A DNA stretch of 64,000 bases from Squalus acanthias (lineage: Eukaryota), in contig JASTWF010000341.1 in assembly GCA_030390025.1 (NCBI GenBank), forward strand, positions 124,001 to 188,000. Direction: 5' to 3'. Below are positions 52,101 to 64,000 of this stretch, in pieces. Both the position numbers and the translations under genes were made by a program. Position 1 is the first letter of the stretch. Each line of letters opens with the position of its first letter. The notes under the pieces were generated by a model. That model did no database searches. It saw nothing but the letters and a program-made list of their open reading frames with translations, and was not told the origin of the DNA.

Positions 52101-55100
52101 AGCGTTAGTTTTACTGTCGATCGCTCAGCATTAGTTTTACTGTCGATCCTCAGCATTAGTTTTACTGTCGATCCTCAGCATTAGTTTTACTGTCGATCCT
52201 CAGCTTAGTTTTACTGTCGATCCTCAGCAGTAGTTTTACTGTCGATCCGCAGCATTAGTTTTACTGTCGATCCTCAGCATTAGTTTTACTGTCGATCCTC
52301 AGCATTAGTTTTACTGTCGATCCTCAGCATTATTTTACTGTCGATCCTCAGCGTTAGTTTTACTGTCGATCCTCAGCATTAGTTTTACTGTCGATCCGCA
52401 GCTTTAGTTTTACTGATCGATCCTCAGCTTTAGTTTTACTGTCGATCTCAGCATTAGTTTTACTGTCGATCCTCAGCGTTAGTTTTACTGACGATCCTCA
52501 GCATTAGTTTTACTGTCGATCCTCAGCAATACTTTTACTGTCTATCCTCAGCATCAGTTTTAATGTCGATCCTCAGCATTAGTTTCACTGTCGATCCTCA
52601 GCATTAGTTTTACTGTCGATCCTCAGCATTGTTTACTGTCGATCCTCAGCATTAGTTTTACTGTCGATCCTCAGCTTAGTTTACTGTCGATCCACAGATT
52701 AGTTTACTGTCGATCCTCAGCGATTAGTTTTACTGTCGATCCTCAGCGTTAGTTTTACTGTCGATCCTCAGCGTTAGTTTACTGTCGATCCTCAGCAGTA
52801 ATTTTACTGTCGATCCTCAGATTAGTTTTACTGTCGATCCTCAGCAGTAGTTTTACTGTCGATCCTCAGCATTAGTTTTACTGTCGATCCTCAGCATTAG
52901 TTTTACTGTCCGATCCTCAGCATTAGTTTTACTGTCGATCCGCAGCTTAGTTTTACTGTCGATCCTCAGCATTAGTTTTACTGTCGATCCTCAACGATTA
53001 GTTTTACTGTCGATCCTCAGGCAATAGCTTTTACTGTCGATCCTCAGCATCAGTTTAATGTCGATCCTCAGCATTAGTTTTCACTGTCGATCCCTCAGCA
53101 TTAGTTTTACTGTCGATCCTCAGCATTAGTTTAACTGTCGATCCTCAGCAGTTAGCTTTTACTGTCGATCCTCAGATTAGTTTAACTGTCGATCCACAGA
53201 ATTAGTTTTACTGTCGATCCTCAGCATTAGTTTTACTGTCGATCCTCAGCATTAGTTTTACTGTCGATCCTCAGATTAGTTTTCTGTCGATCCTCAGCAT
53301 TAGTTTTACTGTCGATCCTCAGCATTAGTTTTACTGTCGATCCTCACATATGTTTTACTGTCGATCCTCAGCATTAGTTTTACTGTCGATCCGCAGCATT
53401 AATTTTACTGTCGATCCTCAGAATTAGTTTTACTGTCGATCCTCAGCATTAGATTACTGTCGATCCTCAGCGTTAGTTTTACTGTCGATCCTCAGCATTA
53501 GTTTTACTGTCGATCCTCAGCATTAGTTTTACTGTCGATCCTCAGCATTAGTTTTACTGTCGATCCTCAGCATTAGTTTTACTGTCGATCCTCAGCATCT
53601 GTTTTACTGTCGATCCTCAGCATTAGTTTTACTGTCGATCCTCAGCATTAGTTTTACTGTCGATCTCAGCGATTAGTTTTACTGTCGATCCTCAGCATAA
53701 GTTTTACTGTCGATCCTCAGCATTATTTTACTGTCGATCCTCAGCATAGTTTTACTGTCGATCCTCAGCATTAGTTTTACTGTCGATCCTCAGCGTTAGT
53801 TTCACTGTCGATCCTCAGCATTAGTTTTACTGTCGATCCTCAGCATTAGTTTTACTGTCGATCCTCAGCATTAGTTTTAACTGTCGATCCTCAGCATTTA
53901 GTTTTACTGTCGATCCTCAGCATTAGTTTTACTGTCGATCCTCAGCATTAGTTTTACTGTCGATCCTCAGCATTAGTTTTACTGTCGATCCTCAGCATTA
54001 GTTTTACTGTCGATCCTCAGCATTAGTTTTACTGTCGATCCTCAGCATTAGTTTTACTGTCGATCCTCAGCATTAGTTTTACTGTCGATCCTCAGCATTA
54101 GTTTTACTGTCGATCCTCAGCATTAGTTTTACTGTCGATCCTCAGCATTAGTTTTACTGTCGATCCTCAGCATTAGTTTTACTGTCGATCCTCAGCATTA
54201 GTTTTACTGTCGATCCTCAGCATTAGTTTTACTGTCGATCCTCAGCGTTAGTTTTACTGTCGATCCTCAGCATTAGTTTTACTGTCGATCCTCAGCATTA
54301 GTTTTACTGTCGATCCTCAGCATTAGTTTTACTGTCGATCCTCAGCATTAGTTTTACTGTCGATCCTCAGCATTAGTTTTACTGTCGATCCTCAGCATTA
54401 GTTTTACTGTCGATCCTCAGCATTAGTTTTACTGTCGATCCTCAGCATTAGTTTTACTGTCGATCCTCAGGATTAGTTTTACTGTCGATCCTCAGCATTA
54501 GTTTTACTGTCGATCCTCAGCGTTAGTTTTACTGTCGATCCTCAGCGTTAGTTTTTACTGTCGATCCGTCAGCGTTAGTTTTACTGTCGATCCTCAGCGT
54601 TAGTTTTACTGTCGATCCTCAGCTTAAGTTTTACTGTCGATCCTCAGCGTTAGTTTTACTGTCGATCGTCAGCGTTAGTTTTACTGTCGATCTCAGCGTT
54701 AGTTTTCTGTCGATCCTCAGCATTAGTTTTTACTGTCGATCCTCAGCATTAGTTTTACTGTCGATCCTGCAGCATTATTTTTACTGTCGATCCTCAGCAT
54801 TAGTTTTTACTGTCGATCTGCAGCATTAGTTTTACTGCGATCCTCAGCATTAGTTTTACTGTCGATCCTCAGCTTTAGTTTTACTGTCGATCCTCAGCTT
54901 TAGTTTTACTGTCGATCCTCAGCATTAGTTTTACTGTCGATCCGCAGCATTAGTTTTACTGTCGATCCTCAGCATTAGTTTACTGTCGATCCTCAGCATT
55001 AGTTTCACTGTCGATCCGCAGCATTAGTTTTACTGTCGATCCTCAGCATTAGTTTTACTGTCGATCCTCAGCATTAGTTTTAACTGTCGATCCTCAGCAT

Positions 55101-58100
55101 CAGTTTTACTGTCGATCCTCAGATTTAGTTTACTGTCGATCCGCAGCATTAGTTTTACTGTCGATCCTTAGCATTGAGTTTTACTGTTGTCGATCCTCAG
55201 CATTAGTTTTACTGTCGATCCTCAGCATCAGTTTTACTGTCGATCCTCAGGATTAGTTTTACTGTCGATCCTCAGCTTTAGATTTACTGTCGATCCTCAG
55301 CATTAGTTTTACTATCGATCCAAAGCGTTAGTTTTACTGTCGATCCGCAGCAATATTTTTACTGTCAAGCCGCAGCATTGGTTTTACTGTCGATCCTCAG
55401 CATTACTTTTACTGTCGAACCTCAGCATAAGTTTAACTGTCGATCCTCAGCGTTAGTTTTACTGTCGATCCTCAGCGTTAGTTTTTACTGTCGAATCCTC
55501 AGCTTTATTTTTACTGTCAAGCCGCAGCATTGGTTTTACTGTCGATCCTCAGCATTACTTTTACTGTCGAACCTCAGCATAAGTTTAACTGTCGATCCTC
55601 AGCGTTAGTTTTACTGTCGATCCTCAGCGTTAGTTTTACTGTCGATCCTCAGCGTTAGTTTAACTGTCGATCCTCAGCGTTAGTTTTACTGTCGATCCGC
55701 AGCGTTAGTTTTACTGTCGATCGTCAGCGTTAGTTTTACTGACGATCCTCAGCATTAGTTTTACTGTCGATCCTCAGCTTTAGTTTTACTGTCGATCCTC
55801 AGCATTAATTTTACTGTCGATCCTCAGCATTAATTTTACTGTCGATCCTCAGCATTAGTTTTACTGTCGATCCTCAGCATTAATTTTACTGTCGATCCTC
55901 AGCATTAATTTTACTGTCGATCCTCAGCGTTAGTTTTACTGTCTATCCTCAGCATTAGTTTTACTGTCGATCCTCAGCATTAATTTTACTGTCGATCCTC
56001 AGCATTAATTTTACTGTCGATCCTCAGCATTAGTTTTACTGTCGATCCTCAGCATTCGTTTTACTGTCGATCCTCAGCAGTTAGTTTTACTGTCGATCCG
56101 CAGCATTAGTTTTACTGTCGATCCTCAGCATTAGTTTTACTGTCGATCCGCAGCATTAGTTTTACTGTCGATCCTCAGCATTAGTTTTACTGTCGATCCG
56201 CACATTAGTTTTACTGTCGATCCTCAGCATTAGTTTTACTGTCGATCCTCAGCATTAGTTTTACTGTCGATCCTCAGCATTAGTTTTACTGTCGATCCTC
56301 AGCAGTTAGTTTTACTGTCGATCCGCAGCATTAGTTTTACTGTCGATCCTCAGCATTAGTTTTACTGTCGATCCTCAGCATTAGTTTTACTGTCGATCCT
56401 CAGCATTAGTTTTACTGTCGATCCTCAGCATTAGTTTTACTGTCGATCCTCAGCATTAGTTTTACTGTCGATCCTCAGCATTAGTTTTACTGTCGATCCT
56501 CAGTGTTAGTTTTACTGTCGATCCGCAGCGTTAGTTTTACTGTCGATCCTCAGCATTAGTTTTACTGTCGATCCGCAGCATTAGTTTTACTGTCGATCCT
56601 CAGCATTAGTTTTACTGTCGATCCGCAGCATTAGTTTTACTGTCGATCCTCAGCATTAGTTTTACTGTCGATCCTCAGCATTAGTTTTACTGTCGATCCT
56701 CAGCATTCGTTTTACTGTCGATCCTCAGTGTTAGTTTTACTGTCGATCCTCAGCATTAGTTTTACTGTCGATCCGCAGCATTAGTTTTACTGTCGATCCT
56801 CAGCATTAGTTTTACTGTCGATCCTCAGCATTAGTTTTACTGTCGATCCTCACATTAGTTTTACTGTCGATCTCAGCATTAGTTTTACTGTCGATCCTCA
56901 GCATTAGTTTTACTGTCGATCCTCAGCGTTAGTTTTACTGTCGATCCTCAGCATTAGTTTTACTGTCGATCCTCAGCATTAGTTTTACTGTCGATCCTCA
57001 GCATTAGTTTTACTGTCGATCTGCAACATTAGTTTTACTGTCGATTCTCAGCATTAGTTTTACTGTCGATCTGCAACATTAGTTTTACTGTCGATCCTCA
57101 GCATTAGTTTTACTGTCGATCCGCAGCGTTAGTTTTACTGTCGATCCTCAGCATTAGTTTTACTGTCGATCTGCAACATTAGTTTTACTGTCGATCCTCA
57201 GCATTAGTTTTACTGTCAATCCTCAGCATTAATTTTACTGTCGATCCTCAGCATTAATTTTACTGTCGATCCTCAGCATTAATTTTACTGTCGATCCTCA
57301 GCTTTAGTTTTACTGTCGATCCTCAGCGTTAATTTTACTGTCGATCCTCAGCATTAGTTTTACTGTCGATCCTCAGCATTAGTTTTACTGTCGATCCTCA
57401 GCATTAATTTTACTGTCGATCCTCAGCATTAATTTTACTGTCGATCCTCAGCATTAATTTTACTGTCGATCCTCAGCGTTAGTTTTACTGTCGATCCTCA
57501 GCATTAATTTTACTGTCGATCCTCAGCATTAGTTTTACTGTCGATCCTCAGCATTAGTTTTACTGTCGATCCTCAGCATTAATTTTACTGTCGATCCTCA
57601 GCATTAATTTTACTGTCGATCCTCAGCATTAATTTTACTGTCGATCCTCAGCGTTAGTTTTACTGTCGATCCTCAGCATTAATTTTACTGTCGATCCTCA
57701 GCATTAGTTTTACTGTCGATCCTCAGCATTAATTTTACTGTCGATCCTCAGCATTAATTTTACTGTCGATCCTCAGCATTAATTTTACTCTCGATCCTCA
57801 GCATTAATTTTACTGTCGATCCTCAGCGTTAGTTTTACTGTCGATCCTCAGCATTAATTTTACTGTCGATCCTCAGCATTAATTTTACTGTCGATCCTCA
57901 GCATTAATTTTACTGTCGATCCGCAGCGTTAATTTTACTGTCGATCCTCAGCATTAATTTTACTCTCGATCCTCAGCATTAATTTTACTGTCGATCCTCA
58001 GCGTTAGTTTTACTGTCGATCCTCAGCATTAATTTTACTGTCGATCCTCAGCATTAGTTTTACTGTCGATCCTCAGCATTAGTTTTACTGTCGATCCTCA

Positions 58101-61100
58101 GCGTTAGTTTTACTGTCGATCCTCAGCATTAGTTTTACTGTCGATCCTCAGCGATTAGTTTTACTGTCGATCCTCAGCATTAGTTTTACTGTCGATCCTC
58201 AGCATTAGTTTTACTGTCGATCCTCAGCGTTAGTTTTACTGTCGATCCTCAGCATTAGTTTTACTGTCGATCCTCAGCATTAGTTTTACTGTCGATCCTC
58301 AGCATTAGTTTTACTGTCGATCCTCAGCAGTTAGTTTTACTGTCGATCCTCAGCATTAGTTTTACTGTCGATCCTCAGCGTTAGTTTTACTGTCGATCCT
58401 CAGCATTAGTTTTACTGTCGATCCTCAGCAGTTAGTTTTACTGTCGATCCTCAGCATTAGTTTTACTGTCGATCCTCAGCATTAGTTTTACTGTCGATCC
58501 TCAGCATTAGTTTTACTGTCGATCCTCAGCATTAGTTTTACTGTCGATCCTCAGCGTTAGTTTTACTGTCGATCCTCAGCATTAGTTTTACTGTCGATCC
58601 TCAGCATTAGTTTTACTGTCGATCCTCAGCATTAGTTTTACTGTCGATCCTCAGCATTAGTTTTACTGTCGATCCTCAGCATTAGTTTTACTGTCGATCC
58701 TCAGCATTAGTTTTACTGTCGATCCTGCAGCATTAGTTTTACTGTCGATCCTCAGCATTAGTTTTACTGTCGATCCGCAGCATTAGTTTTACTGTCGATC
58801 CTCAGCATTAGTTTTACTGTCGATCCTCAGCGTTAGTTTTACTGTCGATCCTCAGCATTAGTTTTACTGTCGATCCTCAGCGTTAGTTTTACTGTCGATC
58901 CTCAGCATTAGTTTTACTGTCGATCCTCAGCGTTAGTTTTACTGTCGATCCTCAGCATTAGTTTTACTGTCGATCCTCAGCATCAGTTTTACTGTCGATC
59001 CTCAGCATTAGTTTTACTGTCGATCCTCAGCATTAGTTTTACTGTCGATCCTCAGCATTAGTTTTACTGTCGATCCTCAGCATTAGTTTTACTGTCGATC
59101 CTCAGCATTAGCTTTACTGTCGATCCTCAGCATTAATTTTACTGTCGATCCTCAGGATTAGTTTTACTGTCGATCCTCAGCATTAATTTTACTGTCGATC
59201 CTCAGCATTAGTTTTACTGTCGATCCTCAGCATTAATTTTACTGTCGATCCTCAGCATTAGTTTTACTGTCGATCCTCAGCATTAATTTTACTGTCGATC
59301 CTCAGCATTAGTTTTACTGTCGATCCTCAGCATTAATTTTACTGTCGATCCTCAGCATTAGTTTTACTGTCGATCCTCAGCATTAATTTTACTGTCGATC
59401 CTCAGGATTAGTTTTACTGTCGATCCTCAGCATTAGTTTTACTGTCGATCCTCAGCATTAGTTTTACTGTCGATCCTCAGCATTAGTTTTACTGTCGATC
59501 CTCAGCATTAGTTTTACTGTCGATCCTCAGCATTAGTTTTACTGTCGATCCTCAGCATTAGTTTTACTGTCGATCCTCAGCATTAGTTTTACTGTCGATC
59601 CTCAGAATTAGTTTTACTGTCGATCCTCAGCATTAGTTTTACTGTCGATCCGCAGCATTAGTTTTACTGTCGATCCTCAGCATTAGTTTTACTGTCGATC
59701 CTCAGCGTTAGTTTTACTGTCAATCCTCAGCATTAGATTTACTGTCGATCCTCAGCGTTAGTTTTACTGTCGATCCTCAGCATTAGATTTACTGTCGATC
59801 CTCAGCGTTAGTTTTACTGTCGATCCTCAGCATTAGATTTACTGTCGATCCTCAGCGTTAGTTTTACTGTCGATCCTCAGCGTTAGTTTTACTGACGAAC
59901 CTCAGCATTAGATTTACTGTCGATCCTCAGCGTTAGTTTTACTGTCGATCCTCAGCATCAGTTTTACTGTCGATCCGCAGCATTAGTTTTACTGTCGATC
60001 CTCAGCATTAGTTTTACTGTCGATCCTCAGCATTAGTTTTACTGTCGATCCTCAGCATCAGTGTTACTGTCGATCCTCAGCATCAGTTTTGCTGTCGATC
60101 CTCAGGATTAGTTTTACTGTCGATCCGCAGCATTAGTTTTACTGTCGCTCCTTAGCAATAGTTTTACTGTCGATCCGCAGCATTAGTTTTACTGTCGATC
60201 CTCAGCATCAGTTTTACTGTCGATCCGCAGCATTAGTTTTACTGTCGATCCTCAGCATTAGTTTTACTGTCGATCCTCAGCATTAGTTTTACTGTCGATC
60301 CTCAGCATCAGTTTTACTGTCGATCCTCAGCATCAGTTTTACTGTCGATCCTCAGGATTAGTTTTACTGTCGATCCGCAGCATTAGTTTTACTGTCGCTC
60401 CTTAGCAATAGTTTTACTGTCGATCCGCAGCATTAGTTTTACTGTCGATCCTCAGCATAGTTTTACTGTCGATCCTCAGCATTAGTTTTACTGTCGATCT
60501 CAGCATTAGTTTTACTGTCGATCCTCAGCATTAGTTTTACTGTCGATCCTCAGCATTAGTTTTACTGTCGATCCTCAGCATTAGTTTTACTGTCGATCCT
60601 CAGCATTAGTTTTACTGTCGATCCTCAGCATTAGTTTTACTGTCGATCCTCAGCATTAGTTTTACTGTCGATCCTCAGCATTAGTTTTACTGTCGATCCT
60701 CAGCGTTAGTTTTACTGTCGATCCTCAGCGTTAGTTTTACTGTCGATCCTCAGCGTTAGTTTTACTGTCGATCCTCAGCATTAGTTTTACTGTCGATCCT
60801 CAGCATTCGTTTTACTGTCGATCCTCAGCATTAGTTTTACTGTCGATCCTCAGCATTAGTTTTACTGTCGATCCTCAGCATTAGTTTTACTGTCGATCCT
60901 CAGCATTAGTTTTACTGTCGATCCTCAGCATTAGTTTTACTGTCGATCCTCAGCATTAGTTTACTGTCGATCCTCAGCATTAGTTTTACTGTCGATCCTC
61001 AGCATTAATTTTACTGTCGATCCTCAGCATTAGTTTTACTGTCGATCCTCAGCATAATTTTACTGTCGATCCTCAGCATTAATTTTACTGTCGATCCTCA

Positions 61101-64000
61101 GCATTAGTTTTACTGTCGATCCTCAGCATTAGTTTTACTGTCGATCCTCAGCATTAGTTTTACTGTCGATCCTCAGCATTAGTTTTACTGTCGATCCTCA
61201 GCATTAGTTTTACTGTCGATCCTCAGCATTAGTTTTACTGTCGATCCTCAGCATTAGTTTTACTGTCGATCCTCAGCATTAGTTTTACTGTCGATCCTCA
61301 GCATTATTTTACTGTCGATCCTCAGCATTAGTTTTACTGTCGATCCTCAGCATTAGTTTTACTGTCGATCCTCAGCATTAGTTTTACTGTCGATCCTCAG
61401 CATTAGTTTTACTGTCGATCCTCAGCATTAGTTTTACTGTCGATCCTCAGCATTAGTTTTACTGTCGATCCTCAGCATTAGTTTTACTGTCGATCCTCAG
61501 CATTAGTTTTACTGTCGATCCTCAGCATTAGTTTTACTGTCGATCCTCAGCATTGGTTTTACTGTCGATCCTCAGCTTTAGTTTTACTGTCGATCCTCAG
61601 CATTAGTTTTACTGACGATCCTCAGCATTAGTTTTACTGTCGATCCTCAGCTTTAGTTTTACTGTCGATCCTCAGCATTAGTTTTACTGTCGATCCTCAG
61701 CATTGGTTTTACTGTCGATCCTCAGCGTAAGTTTACTGTCGATCCTCAGCGTAAGTTTAACTGTCGATCCTCAGCGTTAGTTTTACTGTCGATCCTCAGC
61801 GTTAGTTTACTGTCGATCCTCAGCGTTAGTTTAACTGTCGATCCTCAGCGTTAGTTTTACTGTCGATCGTCAGCGTTAGTTTTACTGACGATCCTCAGCA
61901 TTAGTTTTACTGTCGATCCTCAGCTTTCGTTTTACTGTCGATCCTCAGCATTAGTTTTACTGTCGATCCTCAGCATTAGTTTTACTGTCGATCCGCAGCA
62001 TTAGTTTTACTGTCGATCCTCAGCATTAGTTTTACTGTCCATCCTCAGCATTAATTTTACTGTCGATCCTCAGCATTAATTTTACTGTCGATCCTCAGCA
62101 TTAATTTTACTGTCGATCCTCAGCGTTAGTTTTACTGTCGATCCTCAGCGTTAGTTTTACTGTCGATCCTCAGCGTTAGTTTTACTGTCGATCCTCAGCG
62201 TTAGTTTAACTGTCGATCCTCAGCGTTAGTTTTACTGTCGATCGTCAGCGTTAGTTTTACTGACGATCCTCAGCGTTAGTTTTACTGTCGATCCTCAGCG
62301 TTAGTTTTACTGTCGATCCACAGCATTAGTTTTACTGTCGATCCGCAGCGTTAGTTTTACTGTCGATCCTCAGCTTTAGTTTTACTGTCGGTCCGCAGAA
62401 TTCTGTCTTCCTGTCGATCCTCAGGATTAATTTTACTCTCGATCCTCAGAATTAATTTTACTGTCGATCCTCAGCATTAATTTTAAAGTCGATCCGCAGG
62501 ATTCGTTTTACTGTCGATCCGCAGCATTAATTTTACTGTCGATCCTCAGCATTAGTTTTACTGTCGATCCTCAGCATTCATTTTACTGTCGATCCTCAGC
62601 GTTAGTTTTACTGTCGATCCTCAGCATTAGTTTTACTGTCGATCCTCAGCATTAGTTTTACTGTCGATCCGCAGCATTAGTTTTACTGTCGATCCTCAGC
62701 ATTAGTTTTACTGTCGATCTCAGCACTCGTTTTACTATCGATCCTCAGCATTAGTTTTACTGTCGATCCGCAGCGTTAGTTTTACTGTCGATCCTCAGCT
62801 TTAGTTTTACTGTCGGTCCGCAGAATTATGTTTTCCTGTCGATCCTCAGGATTAATTTTACTCTCGATCCTCAGAATTAGTTTTACTGTCGATCCTCAGC
62901 ATTAAGTTTTAAAGTCGATCCTCAGGATTAGTTTTACTGTCGATCCTTAGCATTAATTTTACTGTCGATCCTCAGCATTAGTTTTACTGTCGATCCTCAG
63001 CATTAGTTTTACTGTCGATCCTCAGCGTTAGTTTTACTGTCGATCCTCAGCATTAGTTTTACTGTCGATCCTCAGCATTAGTTTTACTGTCGATCCTCAG
63101 CATTAGTTTTACTGTCGATCCTCAGCATTAGTTTTACTGTCGATCCTCAGCATTAGTTTTACTGTCGATCCTCAGCATTAGTTTTACTGTCGATCCTCAG
63201 CATTAGTTTTACTGTCGATCCTCAGCATTAGTTTTACTGTCGATCCTCAGCATTAGTTTTACTGTCGATCCTCAGCATTAGTTTTACTGTCGATCCTCAG
63301 CATTAGTTTTACTGTCGATCCTCAGCATTAGTTTTACTGTCGATCCTCAGCATTAGTTTTACTGTCGATCCTCAGCATTAGTTTTACTGTCGATCCTCAG
63401 CATTAGTTTTACTGTCGATCCTCAGCATTAGTTTTACTGTCGATCCTCAGCATTAGTTTTACTGTCGATCCTCAGCATTAGTTTTACTGTCGATCCTCAG
63501 CATTAGTTTTACTGTCGATCCTCAGCATTAGTTTTACTGTCGATCCTCAGCATTAGTTTTACTGTCGATCCTCAGCGTTAGTTTTACTGTCGATCCTCAG
63601 CATTAGTTTTACTGTCGATCCTCAGCATTAGTTTACTGTCGATCCTCAGCTTTAGTTTTACTGTCGATCCTCAGCATTAGTTTTACTGTCGATCCTCAGA
63701 ATTAGTTTTACTGTCGATCCTCAGAATTAGTTTTACTGTCGATCCTCAGCATTAGTTTTACTGTCGATCCTCAGCGTTAGTTTTACTGTCGATCCTCAGC
63801 GTTAGTTTTACTGTCGATCCTCAGCGTTAGTTTTACTGTCGATCCTCAGCATTAGTTTTACTGTCGATCCTCAGCATTAGTTTTACTGTCGATCCTCAGC
63901 ATTAGTTTTACTGTCGATCCTCAGCATTAGTTTTACTGTCGATCCTCAGCATTAGTTTTACTGTCGATCCTCAGCATTAGTTTTACTGTCGATCCTCAGC
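19187..64000 (+). repeat. 25-bp tandem satellite, main block (~1800 monomers, continues past the window)
   Basis: Same monomer and same orientation throughout; variant-rich and near-pure domains alternate. Confidence 0.98.

Noticed and set aside
55378..55608. 76-aa ORF
   Set aside because: It is a satellite translation with variant or indel units.
13064..64000. CRISPR array
   Set aside because: Units are contiguous with no unique spacers, there are no cas genes, and the context is eukaryotic.
13064..64000. Centromeric or telomeric identity of the satellite
   Set aside because: There is no TTAGGG and no CENP-B-box match in the monomer; function cannot be inferred from sequence alone.

Overview
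Vertebrate-type genomic DNA, probably from a cartilaginous fish (inferred from the repeat families; no search was run). Bases 1-13 kb are AT-rich, intron-like DNA. They contain decayed CR1 LINEs, a tRNA-derived Deu-type SINE and several PIF/Harbinger-type non-autonomous elements. There is also a perfect-centred palindromic Penelope-like insertion carrying hammerhead-ribozyme cores, and a tentative multi-exon gene on the minus strand. From ~13064 to the window end is a head-to-tail 25-bp satellite (consensus GATCCTCAGCATTAGTTTTACTGTC, roughly 2000 copies), interrupted once by an 878-bp Harbinger-type element. Best observations: (1) the satellite appears to have been born from the right arm of a degenerate palindromic MITE at its left edge; (2) back-to-back minimal hammerhead motifs sit in a SINE>LINE>palindrome nest. 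Long near-pure stretches of the array may be assembly-consensus artefacts.
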